Origin: a virus
Taxonomy: Duplodnaviria > Caudoviricetes
Virus record (IMG/VR): IMGVR_UViG_3300028585_000512
Coordinates: 1-34,954 of that record
Strand: one strand, 5' to 3'
DNA length: 34,954 nucleotides
Under the pieces are notes generated by a model. That model saw only the letters and a list, made by a program, of their open reading frames with translations. It was not told where the DNA came from and did not search any database. Below, in pieces: positions 1-9,314 of the stretch (positions are counted from its first letter, which is position 1; each line of letters starts with the position of its first letter). Made by a program: the position numbers and the translations under genes.

Positions 1-540
1 TTGGACTCACTACTAACGGCCGACGAGCCATTCTGGATAACCCCACAGCCTTACCTCGACCTACAACCGCGTGACAGCGAAGGACGTGGCACTACCGCCC
101 AGACCACAGCCCGCAGGCTCAAGACGCTGGAACTCTACGCCAACCTCAGTTCGGCGCAGGCCATCACCCGGTTCATCACGGAACTGGGCTACAGTATCAC
201 CACCGCGAAGGAAGACCTGAGCTGGGCCAAGGCGCGTTGGGCAGAGATGCAGGACTCGGACGAAACTGCCTACGACATCATCCGGCGCCACAGCAATAAG
301 TACTATGAGTGGAGCCAAGCTGCCGAGCAGCAGGGTGAGGTGAAGCTGGCAGCAGATATGCTGGGGCGCATTGAGCGCCTACGTGGGCTGCACACACCAA
401 ATACGCTGGTGCAGGTCAACAACGGTTTCGTGCAGAATAACACCACCAACACCCAAGTGAACTACAACTTAGATGCCCTATCACTTGAGGAGCAGCTGAA
501 TCTTCACTCGTTAGTGGCCAAAACATCGCTCCCGATGTAA
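1..540 (+). CDS. Putative terminase small subunit (start uncertain at window edge)
   Basis: Helical ~180-aa ORF directly abutting terL. N-rich C-terminal tail 'LERLRGL...NYNLDALSLEEQ'-type, typical of TerS. Confidence 0.6.
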   Translation: MDSLLTADEPFWITPQPYLDLQPRDSEGRGTTAQTTARRLKTLELYANLSSAQAITRFITELGYSITTAKEDLSWAKARWAEMQDSDETAYDIIRRHSNKYYEWSQAAEQQGEVKLAADMLGRIERLRGLHTPNTLVQVNNGFVQNNTTNTQVNYNLDALSLEEQLNLHSLVAKTSLPM

Positions 541-1986
541 TTGAACTTCCCTCCCCTACTCGACATCGAGCGGGCTATCTACCAACGTAGCTACTACCAC
601 TTCTTCAAACAGGCCTACGCCGTCCTTCACCCCGGCGAGAGCTACAGCGATAACTGGCACATCAAGGCCTTTTGCGACCTGCTACAGGCCGAGGCCGAGC
701 GCATCCAACGCGGCGAAACCAAGGATAGGGACTTAATCGTCAATACCCCGTTCCGTTCGGCGAAATCGCTGATATTCTCCGTAATGTTCAACGCCTGGGT
801 GTGGTCTATCTGGCCCCAGGCGAAGTTTATCGGCGTCAGCTATAGTAGTGCGCTCGCCCTAGAACTGGGTGTCCGCACGCGCGACCTAATTAACTCGGAG
901 TGGTACCAGGAGCGGTGGGGCCACCAGTACCAGCTGGCAGCCGACACGAACCAGAAGGGCTTCTACAAGACCGATAAGGGCGGCTTCCGCAAGTCGGTGG
1001 GTACCGGTGGCCAGATACTCGGTTCGGGCGCCGACTTCATCGTGCTTGATGACGCCCAAGACCCTCAGTTGGCAGCCAGTGCGACCGAGCGGCAGAACAC
1101 GATTGACTTCTACCGGCACACGCTCTACTCGCGCCTCAACCAACTCGACATCGGCATCCGCGTCAACGTGCAGCAGCGGCTACACGACGAGGACCTGTCG
1201 GGCTACCTGCTGAAGCATAACCCCACCAACTACCGGCACATTTGCGTCCCGGCGGTGCTGACTGACGATCTGCAACCGAAGGCGTGGGCCAGCAACTACG
1301 TTGATAAGCTGTTTTGGCCTGACCGGTTCACCTACCCGGTATTGCAGGACTACCAGGCCACGATGGGCGCGATGGCTTACGCCAACCAGCTCATGCAAAA
1401 GCCGATGCCGGCTGAGGGTGGGATGCTGAAGAAGCAGTGGTTTCAGGTAGTCACCCAGCAACAATTCGAGTTGCTGACCCGAGGCACAACGCCGGTATGG
1501 GATTTCGACCTCGACACGGCTTACACGGCCAAGGCACAAAACGACCCTTCCGCCTACCTCGTCTCAACTTTGGTTGACAATGTTCTATACATAAGGTGTG
1601 CGGGCGAAGTGCGCCTGGAGGCACCTGAACTACTGCGGTTCATCTCGAAGCTGGCCGAAGAAAACGACTACAGTGAGCACAGCCGCCTCTTCATTGAACC
1701 CAAGGCATCGGGCAAAACGATAGTGCAGCTGATTCGCTCGGGTACCAACCTCAATGTGGTGGAAGCCCCAGCTCCCGCAGTGGACAAGGTGACCAGGGTT
1801 GCAGCAGCGACTCCCTTCGTGGAAAGCCTACGCGTGGTGTTACTAAGAGGCTCTTGGAACGAGTCGTTTATAACCCAGTGCACGGGCTTTCCCAACGCCC
1901 CGCACGACGACATGGTGGACTGCCTCACACAGCGCATCGCCCGCCTACAGGCCCAGCCTACAAAAAGAGAGAATTATGTCTACTAA
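541..1986 (+). CDS. terL: Terminase large subunit
   Basis: Walker A variant PFRSAKS, Walker B FIVLDD, QQRLHxxDL coupling motif, RNase H-like nuclease acidic residues (DLDTAY, NDPSA, FPNAPHDDMVD). Confidence 0.95.
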   Translation: MNFPPLLDIERAIYQRSYYHFFKQAYAVLHPGESYSDNWHIKAFCDLLQAEAERIQRGETKDRDLIVNTPFRSAKSLIFSVMFNAWVWSIWPQAKFIGVSYSSALALELGVRTRDLINSEWYQERWGHQYQLAADTNQKGFYKTDKGGFRKSVGTGGQILGSGADFIVLDDAQDPQLAASATERQNTIDFYRHTLYSRLNQLDIGIRVNVQQRLHDEDLSGYLLKHNPTNYRHICVPAVLTDDLQPKAWASNYVDKLFWPDRFTYPVLQDYQATMGAMAYANQLMQKPMPAEGGMLKKQWFQVVTQQQFELLTRGTTPVWDFDLDTAYTAKAQNDPSAYLVSTLVDNVLYIRCAGEVRLEAPELLRFISKLAEENDYSEHSRLFIEPKASGKTIVQLIRSGTNLNVVEAPAPAVDKVTRVAAATPFVESLRVVLLRGSWNESFITQCTGFPNAPHDDMVDCLTQRIARLQAQPTKRENYVY

Positions 1987-3317
1987 TGCCTAACCTTTTC
2001 GGCAGTCTGTTCACGACTAAGGAAGCAACTGCTACCCTGGAAACCAAGGAATTTGTCGGTACCGACTACCTGGGCCGCACCAATCCGGTAGAGATGCTCG
2101 GCGGTATCCCCATCACGTACCAGGGCCTAAATAAGGACAGCGTACTGCGGGACGGCTACTCCGCCAACGCCGTCGCCTACAGCATCATCAGCTACATCCT
2201 CACGACGGGCAAGACCACGAAGTGGGGCGTATACGGCCTCACGAGTGGCGACAAGGTGGCTCAGTCGCTACCTCAGCATCCCTTGGCCTCAATACTCTAC
2301 CGGCCCAATCCTAAGCAGAGCTGGTCGGAGTTCAAGGAGGAGGCGCTGGGCCAGTACCTGTTGACTGGCAATGCCTTCATCTGGAAGAACGCTACCACCC
2401 GCGGCAAGGTCCAAGAACTGTACGTGCTGCCCTATCACACAGAGGTAATTGGCGGCGGCCTCTTCCAAGAGGTGACTAGTTACCGGGTGACCAAGGCGAA
2501 TGGCAGCTACGATACGTTTGCCGCAAAGGACGTGCTACACCTTAAGGCCTGGAATCCCGAGAACGGGCGCTACGGCCTCTCCCCTATCACAGCTGGCTAC
2601 AAGTTGGTGACTTCGGCCAACTCCGGCCTAGACCTGCGCATCAAGCAATTCCAGAACCAAGGGGTGGCCGGTATCCTCTACCACGACGCCGGCACTGGGC
2701 CGGATGCAACGCCGCCCTTAACACCGGAAAAGGTGGCTAGCCTAACGGCCAAGATTCGCAACTGGTTTGCACCGAAATCAGCGTACACCATCCCCTTTAC
2801 GGGTGCTAAGCTCGGCTACGTGAAGCTGGGGCTCTCGGCAGTTGACCTAGACGTACTGCAAGCGCTGGACGCCGACCGCAATGCGATTGCCGACCTATAT
2901 CACTTCCCCGCGCACCTGCTAAATGGCGGTGACTCGGCCACGTTCAATAATGTCAGTGAGGCACGCAAGGCACTGTGGAGCAGCTGCATCCTGCCCCTTG
3001 AGTCGATGCTGCGCGACGGCCTCAATCACTGGCTGGGCCTGCTCTATGGTGACGCAGCCTACATCGAGTTCGATGTGAGCCATATCGATGAGCTACAGGA
3101 GGACAAGAAGCAGAAGGCCGAATGGATTAACCTGTGCGCCTTCCTGACCATCAACGAGAAGCGGGAAGCGCTAGGCTTCGGGGAGATTGAGGGCGGCGAT
3201 GGCTTTCTGTTACCAAAAGGCACAGTCTACAGCAAAGAATTCAAGGAAACCCCTGCTTTTACTGCCACAGGCACTACTCCTGACACCGGCGAAAATGAGG
3301 CTGCACTGGCTGCCTAA
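1986..3317 (+). CDS. HK97-family portal protein
   Basis: LYRPNPKQS, LLTGNAF, VLHLK...YGLSPI, IADLYHFPAHLL, TINEKREALG motifs. True start is the ATG at 1986, which overlaps the terL stop (TAATG). Confidence 0.95.
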   Translation: MPNLFGSLFTTKEATATLETKEFVGTDYLGRTNPVEMLGGIPITYQGLNKDSVLRDGYSANAVAYSIISYILTTGKTTKWGVYGLTSGDKVAQSLPQHPLASILYRPNPKQSWSEFKEEALGQYLLTGNAFIWKNATTRGKVQELYVLPYHTEVIGGGLFQEVTSYRVTKANGSYDTFAAKDVLHLKAWNPENGRYGLSPITAGYKLVTSANSGLDLRIKQFQNQGVAGILYHDAGTGPDATPPLTPEKVASLTAKIRNWFAPKSAYTIPFTGAKLGYVKLGLSAVDLDVLQALDADRNAIADLYHFPAHLLNGGDSATFNNVSEARKALWSSCILPLESMLRDGLNHWLGLLYGDAAYIEFDVSHIDELQEDKKQKAEWINLCAFLTINEKREALGFGEIEGGDGFLLPKGTVYSKEFKETPAFTATGTTPDTGENEAALAA

Positions 3318-3344
3318 TGTGTAAAAAACGGCGCGCAAATCCGC

Positions 3345-3352
3345 CATACATA
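3345..3352 (+). promoter_or_regulatory. YATAMATA motif (putative late promoter) upstream of the protease gene
   Basis: ccgcCATACATAg, 51 nt before the start codon; one of eight intergenic copies on the + strand. Confidence 0.7.
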
Positions 3353-3402
3353 GTAGGAATAACGGCTCAAGGAGCTGCCAGAAATACGCCCACCGCTTTT
3401 GC

Positions 3403-4137
3403 ATGCGTCGGTTTGAGTACAAAACATCCGGTCTAACCCTTGAACTGAAGGATGTCAGCGCGTCAAAGCGTGAGGTGGTCTTCTACGCTGCCGCATTCAA
3501 CTCGGTAGACTCCCATAATGACATTATCCTGCTTGGCGCCTTTACCAAGACGCTGGCTGAGAATAAGCACCGCATCAAGTGGTTTAAGAACCACGACAAA
3601 AACCAGATTATCGGCTCCCTCAAGGATGCGGTGGAGGATAGCCACGGCCTGCTGGTAACGGCCAAGGCGGCCAACACCCCACTAGGTGATGAAACCCTAG
3701 CGCTTGAGGCAGATGGTGTGTACGAACACAGCATCGGCTTCCAAACCATCCTAAAGGATGTGAACGCCAAGGGTAACCAGGTGCTCAAGCAGCTGCGGCT
3801 GTGGGAGGTCACCTCCACGGCCCACGGTAGCAACGAGCATACGCCCACGATGGGATTCAAGTCGCTACTTGACCTTTCCCCAAACGAACAAACCCAGCTG
3901 ATTCAGCAGCTCCACGAGCGGTCTGAGAAGCTTCAGAAAAGCCTGCGCTCGGGCAATCTAGACGATGAAAAGAGCCTGCTTCTAGCAATGGAAGCCATTC
4001 AAATACAGCAAGGATACGCTGACCTACTCGAAAAAGCACTTACCCCCCAGGAGCCGGCACCCGCCACCCCGCAGGTGGAGGTTGAGCCGCCCCTGACAGT
4101 AAAGGCCATCCGCGATGTATTCGAAAAATACAAATAG
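3403..4137 (+). CDS. HK97-family prohead maturation protease
   Basis: YAAAFNSVDSHNDII..GAF, NHD (catalytic His), SIGF (catalytic Ser), LWEVTS. Lies between portal and capsid. Confidence 0.93.
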   Translation: MRRFEYKTSGLTLELKDVSASKREVVFYAAAFNSVDSHNDIILLGAFTKTLAENKHRIKWFKNHDKNQIIGSLKDAVEDSHGLLVTAKAANTPLGDETLALEADGVYEHSIGFQTILKDVNAKGNQVLKQLRLWEVTSTAHGSNEHTPTMGFKSLLDLSPNEQTQLIQQLHERSEKLQKSLRSGNLDDEKSLLLAMEAIQIQQGYADLLEKALTPQEPAPATPQVEVEPPLTVKAIRDVFEKYK

Positions 4138-4152
4138 TGCCCACACGTTTAA

Positions 4153-5304
4153 ATGTCTGCTACTAATGAGCAAGTACTCAACGTAATCGAAACCAACGCG
4201 CTCGAGACCAAGTCGAAGATCAGCGCGCTTGAAACCAAGGCTATCGCTGACCTGGCCAAACTCCAGGAGCAGTTCGACGCGCTCGAAGCAAAGGCCAACC
4301 GGGTTGGCCTGGGCGGTGCCGAGGTGGAAACCAAGAGCGCCTTCCTGGCTGCGGTGGAAACCAAGGCTGCTGATTTGGGCAACCTGAGCGAAGTAAAGTC
4401 GGTGACCATCCCCCTCAGCACCAAAGCGGCGGTGGACATGTTCGCGGCTGCCGGTGCCAACTTCATTGGTAAGACCGACCTCGGCTACCAGGCCAATCCC
4501 ACCAAGCCCACGAGCATTTCCAGCATCGTGTCGGGTGGCCAGATTAATACGCCTTCTATCAGCTACGTCCGCGTGACCGGCTATGAGGGCGGCCCGCAAA
4601 TGGTGGCGGAAGGTACCAAGAAGCCTAACTTCAGCCTCACCACCGAGTCCATTGACGCTTCGGTTAAGAAGATTGCCGTCACGGCCAAGTTCTCGGAAGA
4701 GGCTACCAAGGATGCCACCACGTTCGTCAGCCTCGTGCAGTCGGAGATGGTGCGCCTGCACAACGAGTTCCTGGATTACCAGTCGCTCATGGGCTCGGGC
4801 ACTGGCAATGACCTGCAAGGCATCTACCCGCTGGCTAAGCCGTTCAACGCAGGCTACTTCGCGGGCAAGGTATCGAACGCGCAGAAGATTGACGTTATCC
4901 GCGTCGCCATCGCGCAGGCCCGCATCGCCCTCTTCACGCCTACCCACGTCGTGATGAATCCGAGCGACGTAGCTGACCTGGAGTTGCAGAAGGATAGCAC
5001 CGGCAACTACATGCTGCCCACCATCTACTCGGGCCAGCTGCCTTCCATCGGCCGCGTACAAATCGTGGAGTTGGATGACATGCCTCAGGGCCAGTTCGTA
5101 GTCGGTGCGTTCAACCGCGGCGCCAAGCTCTACACCCGGGATGGGTTGACCATGCGCGTGTACGACCAGAACGAGGACGACGCGCTGAAGAACATGGTGC
5201 TCGTGGTGCTTGAGTCGCGTCATGTCCAGCTGGTTAACCGCCCGGAAGCCTTCATCAAGGGCTCTTTTGCCACGGCCATCACTGCGCTGAATAAAGCTGC
5301 CTAA
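4153..5304 (+). CDS. HK97-fold major capsid protein with N-terminal delta domain
   Basis: Coiled-coil N-terminus, VAEGTKKP, GSGTGNDLQGI, VMNPSD...KDSTGNY, KNMVLVVLESR. Confidence 0.95.
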   Translation: MSATNEQVLNVIETNALETKSKISALETKAIADLAKLQEQFDALEAKANRVGLGGAEVETKSAFLAAVETKAADLGNLSEVKSVTIPLSTKAAVDMFAAAGANFIGKTDLGYQANPTKPTSISSIVSGGQINTPSISYVRVTGYEGGPQMVAEGTKKPNFSLTTESIDASVKKIAVTAKFSEEATKDATTFVSLVQSEMVRLHNEFLDYQSLMGSGTGNDLQGIYPLAKPFNAGYFAGKVSNAQKIDVIRVAIAQARIALFTPTHVVMNPSDVADLELQKDSTGNYMLPTIYSGQLPSIGRVQIVELDDMPQGQFVVGAFNRGAKLYTRDGLTMRVYDQNEDDALKNMVLVVLESRHVQLVNRPEAFIKGSFATAITALNKAA

Positions 5305-5312
5305 TCTAGCGG

Positions 5313-5516
5313 ATGGCGCTAGTAACTGCAACGACCGCATTTCTCCTTAACCGGGAAATGTGGTCAACCGGAGACTGCAAGGAGGTAGCGCCAAACGTTG
5401 CCGCCGAGCTACTTCGGGCTGAACTCGTGGTATTGAGTGATGCAGTGGAGGCCTCGGAAGCCCAGCTCCAATTGGCTAGGCCCACCCGAAGGACTAAGAA
5501 GCTGAAAGCTAAATAA
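5313..5516 (+). CDS. Small head-associated hypothetical protein
   Basis: 67-aa ORF right after the capsid gene with a basic C-terminus, followed by a terminator. Confidence 0.6.
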   Translation: MALVTATTAFLLNREMWSTGDCKEVAPNVAAELLRAELVVLSDAVEASEAQLQLARPTRRTKKLKAK

Positions 5517-5533
5517 CCCGCACATCTGTAATT

Positions 5534-5576
5534 GGGGGTTCTTCCTTCACTTAGGTGAAGTCAGAACCCCCTTTTT
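5534..5576 (+). terminator. Rho-independent terminator after the capsid operon
   Basis: GGGGGTTCT..CTTCAC/GTGAAG..AGAACCCCC stem followed by TTTTT. Confidence 0.8.
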
Positions 5577-5592
5577 AATGCTTTATCGTCCG

Positions 5593-5600
5593 CATAAATA
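5593..5600 (+). promoter_or_regulatory. YATAMATA motif upstream of the head-tail connector gene
   Basis: ccgCATAAATAg directly after a terminator. Confidence 0.65.
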
Positions 5601-5627
5601 GCATAAGAAAAACGACTGTCTACCCAC

Positions 5628-6104
5628 ATGGCTGAACCCATCTCGCTCACCCTTTTCAAGCAACACCTGCGCGTGACCAGTGACCAGGAAGACGAGTTGC
5701 TGGCCGTGTACCTCGGAGCGGCGCGCCAGTACGCGGAAAAGCACACCGGCCGGTACTTTGTAGACCAAGTGGTTACGAACACGTACCCCGCTAATCAGAA
5801 CTGCCCCATTCCAGCCGCCAGCATTGTCAGTATCAGTGGCTTCTATGACACCGTAGAGGCAGCTAGTGATGCCTACAACTACTTCAACGAGTACCGTAAG
5901 GGCACTATCATCAGCCGGGAATACCCGATTGATTGGGAAAGCCTGCCCACGTATACCGTAAGCTACAACGTGGTGGCTGAACCCGCGCCACTAGATGTAC
6001 TAAACGATATTCTGAAGCTAGCTGCCGAGTTCTACGAGAACCGGGAGGCCGTCGTGCGTGGCGTGGCCTATCAAATCCTGTTCGCGGACTACCGCGCTGT
6101 TTAA
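5628..6104 (+). CDS. Head-tail connector protein (HK97 gp6-like)
   Basis: KQHLRV...EDELL..YLGAARQYAEKHTGR at the N-terminus and ILKLAAEFYENRE at the C-terminus. Confidence 0.9.
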   Translation: MAEPISLTLFKQHLRVTSDQEDELLAVYLGAARQYAEKHTGRYFVDQVVTNTYPANQNCPIPAASIVSISGFYDTVEAASDAYNYFNEYRKGTIISREYPIDWESLPTYTVSYNVVAEPAPLDVLNDILKLAAEFYENREAVVRGVAYQILFADYRAV

Positions 6105-6433
6105 TGGCACAGGCGGGTACTTTTCGCGAACGTGTAACCATCTACACACCTGGCTCAACCGTTGACGATGGGCTGGGCGGCTGGTTGCCCGTAGGCGCTG
6201 AGGCTTCTTTTGAGACCTGGGCAGGGGTGACGCAATACCAGGCGCAGCCGGTGCCCAACGACGAGGGCAAATTTGTCATCAAGCAGAAGCACCGCATCGT
6301 CATTCGGTACGTGAACGCGCCCAACGTGCAGTACACCAACCGCGTGGTGTGGAATGGTACAAGCATCACGGTGCAGAGCGTGGTGATTGACCCGCGAAAA
6401 ACGACGATTACCCTACACGGCTATGGCGACTAA
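6104..6433 (+). CDS. Head closure / head-tail adaptor (SPP1 gp16-like)
   Basis: RERVTIY...DDGLGG..TWAGV, IVIRY, RVVWNG motifs and position. Confidence 0.85.
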   Translation: MAQAGTFRERVTIYTPGSTVDDGLGGWLPVGAEASFETWAGVTQYQAQPVPNDEGKFVIKQKHRIVIRYVNAPNVQYTNRVVWNGTSITVQSVVIDPRKTTITLHGYGD

Positions 6434-6770
6434 CTCTATAGAAGCACAATTGAGCCGAATAGTGGCGCAGATGAAAGCCTACGAGCAGCAGGTACACCAG
6501 GCACTAGCCGAAACGCTGGAAACCCACGCCCAGCAAGTAGCCGACGATGCAAAAGCACTGGCCCCAGTGGATACCGGCACGCTACGGGACAGTATTGAGG
6601 TGGTAAAAACCGACGAGTTGCACTATCAGGTGGTAGCCACGGCACCCTATGCAGCCGAAGTGGAACTGGGCACCTCACGCCAAGCCGCCGAACCCTTCCT
6701 GTTTCCTGCGTTTGAGGCCACCCGCAACGACTTACAGCAAGAACTGGCTAAGGCCTTAAAAAACGCCTAG
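6423..6770 (+). CDS. HK97 gp10-like tail component
   Basis: APVDTGTLRDSI, YAAEVELGTSRQAAEPFLFPA. Likely start is the ATG at 6423. Confidence 0.9.
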   Translation: MATNSIEAQLSRIVAQMKAYEQQVHQALAETLETHAQQVADDAKALAPVDTGTLRDSIEVVKTDELHYQVVATAPYAAEVELGTSRQAAEPFLFPAFEATRNDLQQELAKALKNA

Positions 6771-6777
6771 TAATGCT

Positions 6778-7560
6778 TTGCTCGACCCTCAATACCAAAT
6801 AATCAAGGCTGTTTTAACCGCTCTGAATGGTCTCGCGCTACCTGTTCATACCACCATCCCGCTTAAGGACACGAAGGGCAACCCCATTGACGAGTACGTG
6901 CTCATCAGCCAGCCTACGCTGAACCTCGGCAGTGGCAGTGCAGCCTGCTTAACCTGGGATGCCACCCTGATGCTCTCGGTTTACACCAAGTTTCCGCGTA
7001 GCGCAGTGTCGGTGATACCGGCACTCACCGTCAGCGGGGAGATAATGAACCAGCTGCTGGGCCAGCGCCTCGACCTAGGCACATTCTCCATGTCACCGCT
7101 AGAGCTACAGCGCCTTAGCTTGCCTCAGCGCTACGACGACCTCAACGTGTACGTGCAGGACAACCTACGCCTGCGCTTTGAAGTCTATGCTGAGCCCTCC
7201 GTCACAGAGCCCGTGGGCAAGCAGCTTAACGAGTACACGCCCGCTGAGATCCGCGCTGGCTACGGCCTCCTAAGCGAGCTACAGGCCCTCATCTGCCAGG
7301 TGCCTGACACTAGTACGGAATTGACGTTTATCTTTTTACCGAACTCGCAAGACAGCTACTCCGTGGTATTGGGCAGCGGTAAGAACCCTAGCTACATAAC
7401 CGGCTACGAGGTAGCGGACGGCAGCGCCGAAGTACGTGTAAATGGTACGTTAGTGATGCCGGGCACCACGGTAGGCAGCGCCGGTCAGGTGCTGGAAGTG
7501 ACCCGTACCATGGGCAGCCCAACGGTCACACTCACCGATAAATCCGCCGCTACCGTGTAA
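6778..7560 (+). CDS. Tail terminator-like protein with extra C-terminal domain
   Basis: Position after the gp10-like gene. N-terminal ~135 aa have a terminator-like pattern (YVLISQ..LSVYTK..LRFEV); there is a ~120-aa extension. Confidence 0.6.
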   Translation: MLDPQYQIIKAVLTALNGLALPVHTTIPLKDTKGNPIDEYVLISQPTLNLGSGSAACLTWDATLMLSVYTKFPRSAVSVIPALTVSGEIMNQLLGQRLDLGTFSMSPLELQRLSLPQRYDDLNVYVQDNLRLRFEVYAEPSVTEPVGKQLNEYTPAEIRAGYGLLSELQALICQVPDTSTELTFIFLPNSQDSYSVVLGSGKNPSYITGYEVADGSAEVRVNGTLVMPGTTVGSAGQVLEVTRTMGSPTVTLTDKSAATV

Positions 7561-8318
7561 TGAGAAAGCTCGTTTACTACGTACCCACGGCGGTGCATCG
7601 CGACGCGGACGTGCAGGCCTTTGTCACTGCTGCGGGTCTCACGAACGCCAGCCAGGCAGAAGCTATCAAAAATTTGGTCAGGGCGCTAAAGGAAGGCGGC
7701 ATTTGGGAAAGCATGACGGCGCTTTACCCAATGGTCGGCGGCACAGCCCGAGCGCACACGCTCAACCTAAGAGATGTAACCGCTTATCCGCTCTACTTCA
7801 GTTCCCGCGCCTCACACAGCAGATTGGGCATGGAACTGCTGGAAAATGGCTACGCAGCTACCGGCCTAGCCGTGACCGACGTGAGCAACTCCCACCTCTC
7901 CTACTACCTACACAATCCGACCACTACGGCGAACGATGTGGTGATAGGATCTTACGGCAACGAGGTCGAATACTACATCCAGTCCCACAACGCCAAGGCG
8001 GAATCAGTGTATGCCACCGGCTTGGGCTACGCGGTTTCCAACGCGGTACCCCGTGGACTCCTGCTCGGCTCTTCCACTAATAGCGGTGCAGGCGGCAGGC
8101 TTTATTGGAACGCGACCCTAGTTGCGGTGCAACCAGCCTACTCAAAGGCAGCGGCGCCTATCTACATAGGTGCCCTGAACAACGGCGGGACAGCCACCAA
8201 CGGCACCACGGCCACCTGTTCGCTAGCCAGCATCGGCACCTACCTCACGGCCGAACAAGTCTCCGCGTTCTACGCGGCGGTGCAAGACTACCAGGCAGCC
8301 CTGGGCCGGGCCGTGTAA
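7560..8318 (+). CDS. Hypothetical virion protein, possible lectin/LamG-like beta-sandwich
   Basis: Translationally coupled (TAATG). N-terminal DADVQAFVTAAG...LK..GIW..M.ALYPMVGG, then beta-rich region with LYWNA..., IYIGALN. Confidence 0.55.
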   Translation: MRKLVYYVPTAVHRDADVQAFVTAAGLTNASQAEAIKNLVRALKEGGIWESMTALYPMVGGTARAHTLNLRDVTAYPLYFSSRASHSRLGMELLENGYAATGLAVTDVSNSHLSYYLHNPTTTANDVVIGSYGNEVEYYIQSHNAKAESVYATGLGYAVSNAVPRGLLLGSSTNSGAGGRLYWNATLVAVQPAYSKAAAPIYIGALNNGGTATNGTTATCSLASIGTYLTAEQVSAFYAAVQDYQAALGRAV

Positions 8319-8360
8319 CCAAAGGCTTCAAGGGTAGCTAAAACAGCCCTTCTACTCCGC

Positions 8361-8368
8361 CATACATA
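8361..8368 (+). promoter_or_regulatory. YATAMATA motif upstream of the major tail gene
   Basis: ccgcCATACATAcg. Confidence 0.7.
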
Positions 8369-8427
8369 CGGAGATAGCCATCCGGCCCACGGGGTCACTG
8401 GCAAACAAAAATTGCCCCACCAACTAA

Positions 8428-8841
8428 GTGGCAAACAAGATAAATGCAAAGGACGTTGTCGTGAAATTCAACGACAAGGTCATCGGCTGCGTGCAATCGG
8501 CTAGCTTCAGCATCGACGTAGACATGGACGAGGCTACCTGCCAGGACTCCAATGGCGCAAAAGAATACACTGCTGGCCAGACCTCGTGGAAGGGTTCTAT
8601 CGGTGCTTTGTACCGGGAGCTAACGGCAGCCGAGCAGGCAACCGGCGTATCGTTCGACGACGCATTCGACGCCATTGAGGCCGGCGCTCCTGTAACGCTG
8701 GTATTCTCCAAGAAAACCGGCGGCAGCCTCTACACCGGCACGGCCTTCGTGTCGAGCCTCAAGTGGGACCAGCCCGAAAAAGGCAACGTGACCTGGTCGG
8801 CAGACTTCCAGGGCTCGGGCGCGCTGGTGAAAACCGTTTAA
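8428..8841 (+). CDS. Major tail tube protein
   Basis: IGCVQSASFSI..D.TCQDS.GAKEY..G..SW, YTGTAFVSSL, TWSADFQGSGAL, typical of siphophage tube proteins. Confidence 0.88.
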   Translation: MANKINAKDVVVKFNDKVIGCVQSASFSIDVDMDEATCQDSNGAKEYTAGQTSWKGSIGALYRELTAAEQATGVSFDDAFDAIEAGAPVTLVFSKKTGGSLYTGTAFVSSLKWDQPEKGNVTWSADFQGSGALVKTV

Positions 8842-8861
8842 GCACCCGCCAAAATCCAAGC

Positions 8862-8899
8862 AACCCAAGCAGCGCCCGTTGCTTGGGTTTCGCTTTTTT
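8862..8899 (+). terminator. Rho-independent terminator
   Basis: AACCCAAGCA/TGCTTGGGTT stem with a T-rich tail. Confidence 0.7.
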
Positions 8900-8915
8900 A
8901 GGCCATCCGATGCGC

Positions 8916-8923
8916 CATACATA
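8916..8923 (+). promoter_or_regulatory. YATAMATA motif upstream of the tail chaperone gene
   Basis: gcgcCATACATAg after a terminator. Confidence 0.7.
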
Positions 8924-8960
8924 GGATACGAAGCACCCCCAAAATAGCCTCAGTAACCCC

Positions 8961-9314
8961 ATGAAGAACAACGCTTTCGGCACAATGGTAATCGGCGACA
9001 AAGCCCGACCCTACCACGTCAACGGCACCCGCCAGACCAAGATGTTCACCGACACGCTCGGTATCGAGCTAGACGAGTACTGGCGAAAAATGAGCGAGTT
9101 CGCTTCTGGCCTACCCATGACCAACTCGCTGCTGGCCATTACTTACGTGTGGTCAGCACTCTACGCGGGCGCCATTAAGGAATACCGCGCCTGCGACTTC
9201 ACCTACGACGATGTGGTAGACTGGGTAGAGGATATGGAGGGCGACGAGGCAGCAGCTGAGTTCCTGAAACCCTTCCAAGCCTTGCAGGTGATCGTGGAGC
9301 AAAAAAAAAGCTAG
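8961..9314 (+). CDS. Tail assembly chaperone (lambda gpG-like)
   Basis: Lies between tube and tape measure genes and ends in an A9 slippery run. Confidence 0.85.
   Translation: MKNNAFGTMVIGDKARPYHVNGTRQTKMFTDTLGIELDEYWRKMSEFASGLPMTNSLLAITYVWSALYAGAIKEYRACDFTYDDVVDWVEDMEGDEAAAEFLKPFQALQVIVEQKKS
9301..9310 (+). other. Programmed -1 ribosomal frameshift site (A AAA AAA)
   Basis: CAA AAA AAA AGC TAG. The -1 frame from 9308 (AAG CTA GCT GAT TGG...) is open and in frame with the 9401-9700 ORF. Confidence 0.85.

Noticed and set aside
1586-1593. TATACATA inside terL
   Set aside because: Intragenic and ~390 nt from the portal start; could be an internal promoter but cannot be separated from chance.
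1854-1985. N-terminal extension of the portal ORF
   Set aside because: Overlaps terL; the TAATG coupling at 1984-1988 gives the natural start.
4024-5340. 438-aa minus-strand ORF
   Set aside because: Antisense shadow of the high-GC major capsid gene; no recognisable motifs.
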